Below, one piece after another: positions 25,942 through 32,000 of a DNA stretch of 32,000 nt. The stretch is taken from the NCBI GenBank assembly GCA_041659405.1, contig JBAZYK010000003.1, positions 1-32,000 of the forward strand. The letters run 5' to 3'. A program made the translations under genes and the position numbers. The notes beneath the pieces are model-generated. The model was given only the letters and a program-made list of their open reading frames with translations, ran no database searches and was not told where the DNA came from. Every line of letters starts with the position of its first letter. Within the stretch, counting starts at the first letter, position 1. The stretch comes from Candidatus Altimarinota bacterium. Lineage in GTDB: Bacteria; Patescibacteriota; Gracilibacteria; UBA1369.

Positions 25942-27018
25942 ATGAACAGTATCCTCACTACCATCAATTTCCCTCAAACGATTCGTAATTTAACTCTGAT
26001 TCTTGGTTCGGAAGTGAGTGCTTTCGTGATCACGTTAATCATTGCGCCTTTTTTTATAAAAATTCTTCACAAATATAAAATCGGCAAGCAACTGCGTGAA
26101 AAAGCTTCAACCGGAGAAATCGCCAGCATTTTTAATGAATTACACGCAAAAAAAAGGGGGACACCGACCATGGGCGGAATTTTAATTTGGGGAACCACAT
26201 TATTGGTTGTTTTAGGATCGTGGCTTTCCTCGGCCTTGGGTATCACAGAACATTCACTTTTGAATCGTAACGAAACTTGGCTGCCAATTTTCACGCTTGT
26301 CACTACCGCCATCCTTGGCGCAATTGACGATTATCTAAATATTAAAGGTCTTGGCAAAAACAAAGGTCTCAACATTAAACCAAAATTTTTCTGGCTTTTT
26401 GCGCTTGCCACACTGGGCGCGCTCTGGTTCTTTTTCCGCCTTGGCTACGATCAAATTTTGATCCCGGGACTTGGCAACATCACAATCGGCATTTGGTACA
26501 TCCCGCTGTTTATTCTTGTGATTACCGCCACTTCCAACGCCGTAAACATTACCGATGGACTCGATGGACTTGCGGGCGGTTTGTTGATCATTGCCTTTGC
26601 CGCTTTTGGAATTTTAGCTTACGCCAAAGGTTTACTTATTTTATCAGCGTTATGCGCAGTAATAAGTGGATCTTTAATTGGATTTCTTTGGTTTAACATC
26701 TTCCCCGCCCGTTTTTATATGGGCGATACCGGTGCTCTATCTTTAGGCGCGACCCTGGGCGTAATTGCCATGATGACCGATGCCGTTGCCGTACTGCCAT
26801 TAATCGGTTTTATTTTTGTAGTCGAAACCGGTTCGGTAATTTTGCAGGTTGCCTCCAAAAAATTCCTCAAAAGAAAACTTTTTCATATTGCCCCACTACA
26901 TCATCACTTTGAAAAAAGCGGTTGGAGTGAACCAAACATAGTAATGAGATTTTGGATTATGGGGGCCTTCTTTGCTGCCATTGGATTGATTCTGGGTTTA
27001 CTCGCTCTTGGCTCTTAA
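25942..27018 (+). CDS. mraY: Phospho-N-acetylmuramoyl-pentapeptide-transferase
   Basis: KKRGTPTMGGILIW, GAIDDYLNI, NAVNITDGLDGLAGG, FYMGDTGALSLGATLGVIAMMT, APLHHHFEKSGWSEPNIVMRFWI. Confidence 0.96.
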   Translation: MNSILTTINFPQTIRNLTLILGSEVSAFVITLIIAPFFIKILHKYKIGKQLREKASTGEIASIFNELHAKKRGTPTMGGILIWGTTLLVVLGSWLSSALGITEHSLLNRNETWLPIFTLVTTAILGAIDDYLNIKGLGKNKGLNIKPKFFWLFALATLGALWFFFRLGYDQILIPGLGNITIGIWYIPLFILVITATSNAVNITDGLDGLAGGLLIIAFAAFGILAYAKGLLILSALCAVISGSLIGFLWFNIFPARFYMGDTGALSLGATLGVIAMMTDAVAVLPLIGFIFVVETGSVILQVASKKFLKRKLFHIAPLHHHFEKSGWSEPNIVMRFWIMGAFFAAIGLILGLLALGS

Positions 27019-27047
27019 AACGAAGTTAAATTCGTCACACCCTATCT

Positions 27048-29300
27048 TTAAAGTTGAGTATTGGGATCACTTACCGGCTGGGTACTTTGTAAACCCGTTT
27101 GTGGGTCTGTATCAATAATTTGAGTTGTTGCCGGAACCTCCTGAGTATTTGCGTTATCAACCGTAGAAGTTTGAGCCGGAACAACAGTGGAACCCTCTCC
27201 GTTCACGGCAGGAACAGGCGCTTCGTGCGCAAGCACAGGCTGCGTAATTACCATTTGCGAAAATGGCACAGAGGAAGTCCCCTTATCGGCACCCTGTTTT
27301 TCAATTAACGTCACAACTCCCAAATTTTGAGGAACTTTAGCCTGAGCCTGCTCTTCGGTAGTTTGCTGTATGCCCTTATCATTCATTTCCAAAAGCTTAT
27401 TAAGTTTTATGATCGACTCATCATCACGAACCGTCTGACTTAAATACATCTGGGAAAGATCTTTCAATTCCTGAATTAAATTAGAAGGAACCGCCTGAGG
27501 CAATTTCTGCAAAGCGGCAATCAATTTATCCAAAACACTACGGCGAATAACTCGTATCTGCGCAAGAAACTTGGCCTGCTCCGGCCCACTCAATAATTTT
27601 TCAATAGCAACCAAAACCTTTAACTGCTCAATCTGTTTGTCAAAAATACTTGATAAAGTATCTTTTAATTTGGCAAAATCATCACCATCTATCTTCAAAA
27701 CAAAATCGTCAATCTGATTTTGATATCGACGCAAAACACGATCCGCCATTGCCAAATCTTTCTTAGCAAGCAAACCCTGAATTTCCAGCAATTTTTCCTC
27801 AGCCTGGGAAAGACTGATCAAAGCGCGATCAATATTATTTTGAACCAAAAACAGTTGAGTTGCTTCAATTACTTCTTTAGCGGGATACAAAATATCTCCG
27901 GGTAAAAATGTCACTAAATCCTTATACTGTTGCCCAATTTTTGACTGCATCAATGTTCGTAAAATTTCGGTATTTACAGCATCCGCTTTTGCAAGATTTG
28001 TATAAGCATCCATAAAAGACTGGACCCCACTTCTAAACTGGAAAACCAGCTTCATACCATCAATATCCTGGTGTTGAAGCAAAAGTTTTTCACCCTGCAG
28101 TAAAGCCTTATAATTTTCAATAAAAGCCAATCTTTGTCTTTCCAAATCAACATTGGCAAAAGGTTTTCCATTATCCAGATCGGCGGAAGCGGAAAGAACA
28201 TCGGCTGTTCCCGTACTTGAAGCCACAGGATTCAGCTGATCTTCTTTTTCAGAAGCGATTTTCACAGAATGCTCTTTATCACGTTCCAGATTAGACTTAA
28301 CCCATAAATTGGAATCGGCATTGGCGCCATCCTGAGCCACCCGTGAAATATAGGTTGTTTTCAAATTATCCGGAGAAACATCCGCCTGAAAACCGGCCAC
28401 AATTGGTTTTATCTGATTAGGCAAACTTGATTTGGCCGAAAAATCGACCACATTATCAAAAACCGCCAAAGTTGAATGCATTGGCTGAACCTGAACATCA
28501 AAAACCGCTTTTTTGGTTGCAGTCACAGACCCCTGAGCCGTGTCCACTATAAAATGGGACTTTTCATCAACCAAATTTAAAACTTTAGTCCAAAGTCTTC
28601 CCTGGTTAACGGCAATTTCAACCTGAGTGGAATTATTATTTAAAGGCTCAGAATAAAGTTTGCGAAGCTGGATATAAGTATTTTGCCCTAAACGGCTGGT
28701 ACTATCATCAAAAAAACGGATGGTCGCAAAACTTTTATCTTTAGTAATGATGATATCGCCTTCACGCAAAGAAAATTCCTGTTTAGCCAAAAGATTTTGA
28801 CCATTACGCAAGACATAAACCTGACCATAAAACTCCTCAATATAGGTAAGTTTAGAAGCAAAAGTAACCGGTGTTTGAAACGGCATAAGAACCAAAGTTC
28901 CAAACATCATAACAACCAAAAGCACCGAAGCAAAAACCGATCTAAAATACCCCGGTCTTTGCAACAAACCAAAAGCCCCCTCCGGCATTTCATAATTTTT
29001 CACGGCACGCATTACGCGCTTTTTCAAAACCGCATTTGCCGCAACCGGAAGCCTAAGTCCATTAACCAGCTCTTGAATATATTGAACCAAAGACAAAACA
29101 TCTTCTTCATAACAATCACTTCTTTGCATTAAATTAACCTTCTGCATCAACTGTTTTTTCAAACTCTTTTTTTGATTTGCAGCAAGGCCAAAACTTGGCT
29201 TCAAAAAAACCTTCAAACTTTCTTCAAGTTTTTCGAGTTCTTTCTGATTGTTTTTTCTCCAGAACAAATTCATATAATTAGAGGGAACCGCTGAGTACAA
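27048..29300 (-). CDS. FecR-domain membrane protein with DUF5667-like region; start possibly 29273 (MNLFWRK)
   Basis: N-terminal about 110-aa soluble region, TM (SVFASVLLVVMMFGTLVLMPF), FecR-like LREGDIIITKDKSFATIRFFDDSTSRLGQNTYIQLRKL...QVEIAVNQGRLWTKV...FIVDTAQGSVTATKKAVFDV, then DUF5667-like LPGDILYPAKEVIEATQLFLVQNNIDRALISLSQAEEKLLEIQGLL. Confidence 0.82.
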   Translation of the reverse strand: MYSAVPSNYMNLFWRKNNQKELEKLEESLKVFLKPSFGLAANQKKSLKKQLMQKVNLMQRSDCYEEDVLSLVQYIQELVNGLRLPVAANAVLKKRVMRAVKNYEMPEGAFGLLQRPGYFRSVFASVLLVVMMFGTLVLMPFQTPVTFASKLTYIEEFYGQVYVLRNGQNLLAKQEFSLREGDIIITKDKSFATIRFFDDSTSRLGQNTYIQLRKLYSEPLNNNSTQVEIAVNQGRLWTKVLNLVDEKSHFIVDTAQGSVTATKKAVFDVQVQPMHSTLAVFDNVVDFSAKSSLPNQIKPIVAGFQADVSPDNLKTTYISRVAQDGANADSNLWVKSNLERDKEHSVKIASEKEDQLNPVASSTGTADVLSASADLDNGKPFANVDLERQRLAFIENYKALLQGEKLLLQHQDIDGMKLVFQFRSGVQSFMDAYTNLAKADAVNTEILRTLMQSKIGQQYKDLVTFLPGDILYPAKEVIEATQLFLVQNNIDRALISLSQAEEKLLEIQGLLAKKDLAMADRVLRRYQNQIDDFVLKIDGDDFAKLKDTLSSIFDKQIEQLKVLVAIEKLLSGPEQAKFLAQIRVIRRSVLDKLIAALQKLPQAVPSNLIQELKDLSQMYLSQTVRDDESIIKLNKLLEMNDKGIQQTTEEQAQAKVPQNLGVVTLIEKQGADKGTSSVPFSQMVITQPVLAHEAPVPAVNGEGSTVVPAQTSTVDNANTQEVPATTQIIDTDPQTGLQSTQPVSDPNTQL

Positions 29301-29327
29301 CGTGAAAAAATCTTTCTTGTTACGATT

Positions 29328-29900
29328 TTAAGAGTGGATATTCATATCTTCCAAAACCTTTTTGAGCGCCTGTAAAGCTCTCATTTTCAAAATTCGCAAA
29401 CTTCCTTCGCTCTTATTCATAATTTTGGCGATTTCATCGTTTTGCAATTCACTGACATATTTCAGCAAAAGAATTTGTTGATATTTTTTCTTGAGTTTGG
29501 AAATAGCCAATTTAAGACGATCACGACTTAATTTTCGCTCGGTAACATAAACCGGATCAGACTCACGTTTATTGTCACGCAAACTTTCGTCCAGAGGGAA
29601 AGATTCCTTATTCATACGGTAATGATCCACGACCATATTGTGCGCAATTCTAAAAACCCAAGCCGAAAAAGCACTATCCGGTGATTTTTTATAACCCTTC
29701 ATTCGCTCCCAAATCTTCAAAAAAACGCCTTCAGTCAGGTCTAAAGCATCCTCTTTATTGACCCTAAAATAGATATATCTGTAAACCGGCTGAACAAAAA
29801 AATCGTAAAGCTTTGCAAAAGCTTCAGTTTGCCCGTTCTGGGCTTCTATAACCAGTTCCTCTATCTCTATTTCACGCTCTTTCAGATCTTTTTCAGCCAT
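29328..29900 (-). CDS. ECF-type RNA polymerase sigma factor (ORF open to 30020; likely start MAEKDL at 29900)
   Basis: FAKLYDFFVQPVYRYIYFRVNKEDALDLTEGVFLKIWERM, AWVFRIAHNMVVDHYR (region 2); QILLLKYVSELQNDEIAKIMNKSEGSLRILKMRALQALKKVL (region 4). Confidence 0.9.
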   Translation of the reverse strand: MAEKDLKEREIEIEELVIEAQNGQTEAFAKLYDFFVQPVYRYIYFRVNKEDALDLTEGVFLKIWERMKGYKKSPDSAFSAWVFRIAHNMVVDHYRMNKESFPLDESLRDNKRESDPVYVTERKLSRDRLKLAISKLKKKYQQILLLKYVSELQNDEIAKIMNKSEGSLRILKMRALQALKKVLEDMNIHS

Positions 29901-30022
29901 AGCGATTAAGTAAGCACAACTAAAATAGTCGAAATAGGCCAAAAAGGAAAGAAGCAAAGTATCGATTAAGGCTTCCTTAAAACAAAAATTTGTGATAAAA
30001 TAATATAATATTTGAAACAAAA

Positions 30023-32000
30023 ATGAACACAGCCAAAAAACTCCTAAAATTCGGTGAATGTCTCAACTTTTCAGATGAAAATCTGAAAGGAAGATTTGTG
30101 TTTCAAACCGCCAGCACAGGCGGAGCTGGTGGAACCGCTGAAGGTGCCGCAAAAGACAAACCACCGGTTGCGGTTCCGGAAACTAAAGAAACTGGCCCAA
30201 AAGTACCGGAAGCAGACAAAGCAAAAAAAGCAGCAGAAATTCATGGCGAAACAAGGGCCCTCCTAAAGGCTGAAATGGAAAAGAAATTGCAGGAAATCGC
30301 AGCCAGAAAAGAAGCCATCACCAAAGAAAAAACAGATAATGATGCTGAACTAAAAAAAATCCTCGGAGCAAAAGACGAATGGTCTACACGTCAACCGGAT
30401 TTTGACTTAAACACTCCTGCAAAAATTAAAATACCAGATACCACTGCAATTGGAAAATTAGCTGGAAGTTTAGTTGGAGATGTTGACGCGACCCCATCCA
30501 GAATTGCCACACAGGCAGAAAAAACTTTTGCAAAAGCCGAAAACCCAACAGCAGACACAAAACCTGAACTCGTTAAACTTGGCGAATTTTTAAAATTAAT
30601 CACTCTCCCGGAATTTCCACAAAGCCAGGGGAACAGGAATATTTTACGAGACACTGTTTCTACTTTGATCAACGAGTATCTTCACCACATGCCACAGCCG
30701 GTAACCAAGGAATCATCCGAAGGTTACAAAGATCAACTTATGGGTCGATTTCAAGCTTTTGGTGAAAAAATTCAAGCTCAAGCAAACGGCAAACCATTGG
30801 AACTTATGATTGGTTTAAGCGCATATCTCAAAAAAATCGATCCGACTTTTGATTTCATCAATGCCAATGGAACCTTTCAGCCTGAAGGATTAAAAAATTT
30901 ATTAGTCCTGACTGATCCTGCAACCTTATTGGAAAATTTTCAAAAAAATCAAAATATTGATAAAGAATCGGGCAATCTTTCAAGAGACAAAATAAATGGA
31001 GAAAGTGCATTAGCCACGGCTCAAGAACAACCAGTCGACGCTAAAAAAATGATTCAAGATGGAACACTTAAATTTACAGCAAGAACCATCACTCTTCCGG
31101 CAGAAGCCGATAAAATTGATGAATTTCTAAAAGAAGAATTCGGCAAAGCCTTAGACCCAAAACTTAATTCAAACCTAAAAGAAGCAGCCATAGCTTACGC
31201 CATGGAAAAAGCCAAAGACCTCAAACAACCGGGTCAAAAATTGATCTTGGCCGAAAACGGAGAAAGCGCTGCTGTAAGCGAAGCAGCTGAAGCCCAAAAG
31301 AAAAAAGAAGCCGAAGAAACTGCCAAAAAATTAGCTGAACAAGCTTCAACTATGGCCGGTAATCCGGATGTAAAACCTGGACAAGAAAGCGAATTGGGCA
31401 TTGCAAGTTTTGGGGCTTTAATTGCTAAATTTTTTGAATACATAGCCGACCTCCTGAAAAATTTTGGAGGATTCAATTTTGGTTCAAAAGAAGTTAATAA
31501 AAACCTGGAAGCCAGACTTAAAAACTGGACTCCATTACCAACCGAAGAAGAACTTAAAGAAGTCGGAAAATTTGAAGCCGCCATACTAAAAGGTATTCCA
31601 AAAATCAACAAAAAGAATCTGGCAAAATTATTGGAAAATAGAGATGAAATGCGTAATCACATTTTCACAAGCAACCCAGGCAACTTAAGCTGGGAAACAT
31701 ATTTATTTGACCCAAAAAAAGGCCGCATAACCGCAGAAGAGCGCGCCAAACTTGAAGACCAAACCAAAGAACTTAAACCAAGCGAAATCAGCACAATGAT
31801 TATGATGAAAGATCCGAAAAAGGCTCCTGAACAAACTGCTGCTGCCGCTACTGCAACACCGGCAGTCGCACCAAGCCAAACACCAGCAACCGAAACACCG
31901 GCAGTCGCACCAAACCAAACCCCAGCAACGACATCACCAACAACCCCCGAAGTTGTACCAGCAACACCACCGCCACCATTAAACCATGAAGTGGCAACAA
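30023..32000 (+). CDS. Large hypothetical protein (partial, runs off right edge), helical with a Thr/Pro/Ala-rich linker
   Basis: Open frame from ATG 30023 to the window edge: MNTAKKLLKFGECLNFSDENLKGRFVFQTASTGGAGG...; about 659 codons with no stop; not in the supplied ORF track. TATAAT at 30004-30009. Confidence 0.85.
   Translation, partial: MNTAKKLLKFGECLNFSDENLKGRFVFQTASTGGAGGTAEGAAKDKPPVAVPETKETGPKVPEADKAKKAAEIHGETRALLKAEMEKKLQEIAARKEAITKEKTDNDAELKKILGAKDEWSTRQPDFDLNTPAKIKIPDTTAIGKLAGSLVGDVDATPSRIATQAEKTFAKAENPTADTKPELVKLGEFLKLITLPEFPQSQGNRNILRDTVSTLINEYLHHMPQPVTKESSEGYKDQLMGRFQAFGEKIQAQANGKPLELMIGLSAYLKKIDPTFDFINANGTFQPEGLKNLLVLTDPATLLENFQKNQNIDKESGNLSRDKINGESALATAQEQPVDAKKMIQDGTLKFTARTITLPAEADKIDEFLKEEFGKALDPKLNSNLKEAAIAYAMEKAKDLKQPGQKLILAENGESAAVSEAAEAQKKKEAEETAKKLAEQASTMAGNPDVKPGQESELGIASFGALIAKFFEYIADLLKNFGGFNFGSKEVNKNLEARLKNWTPLPTEEELKEVGKFEAAILKGIPKINKKNLAKLLENRDEMRNHIFTSNPGNLSWETYLFDPKKGRITAEERAKLEDQTKELKPSEISTMIMMKDPKKAPEQTAAAATATPAVAPSQTPATETPAVAPNQTPATTSPTTPEVVPATPPPPLNHEVAT
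31856..31933 (+). repeat. Two tandem, imperfect 39-nt repeat units encoding TPAVAPxQTPAT(E/T)
   Basis: GGCAGTCGCACCAAGCCAAACACCAGCAAC recurs 39 nt later as GGCAGTCGCACCAAACCAAACCCCAGCAAC. Confidence 0.8.

Noticed and set aside
1-32000. Search for transposases, integrases, restriction/toxin-antitoxin genes or defence operons
   Set aside because: No convincing motifs for any of these were found; the window looks like stable chromosomal sequence.

Overview
This is a gene-dense 32 kb chromosomal window with standard-code ORFs and no CRISPR array, transposase or phage module seen. Gene content and gene sizes suggest a Patescibacteria/CPR-like (possibly Peregrinibacteria-like) genome; that placement is an inference from gene content only. 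Recognisable genes, left to right: partial ABC-F ATPase; prolyl-tRNA deacylase-like (YbaK) protein; tRNA-Glu(UUC); small envelope proteins; DUF3048/YerB-like protein; RarA; Fe/Mn superoxide dismutase; zinc-ribbon protein; 3Fe-4S ferredoxin; NrnA-like DHH phosphoesterase; a cysteine-free, truncated class II RNR-like protein with an ATP-cone, 4 bp upstream of an 812-aa helical orphan; methyltransferase; ComEC core lacking the metallo-beta-lactamase domain; an arginine-to-putrescine set (aguB, aguA, speA-like) next to a TrmB-family regulator; lipoprotein; SLH-CAP-CAP surface protein; LCP ligase, D,D-carboxypeptidase and MraY; a FecR/DUF5667 membrane protein with an ECF sigma factor; and a divergent, partial, large orphan protein. 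The most interesting items are the cysteine-less RNR-like pseudoenzyme and its downstream partner, the TrmB leader hairpin that sits between a strong Shine-Dalgarno and the start codon, an inverted repeat between the putative -35 and -10 of aguB, the sigma/FecR/orphan divergon, and the SLH protein with a degenerate second CAP domain. All calls are by eye; no database search was run.
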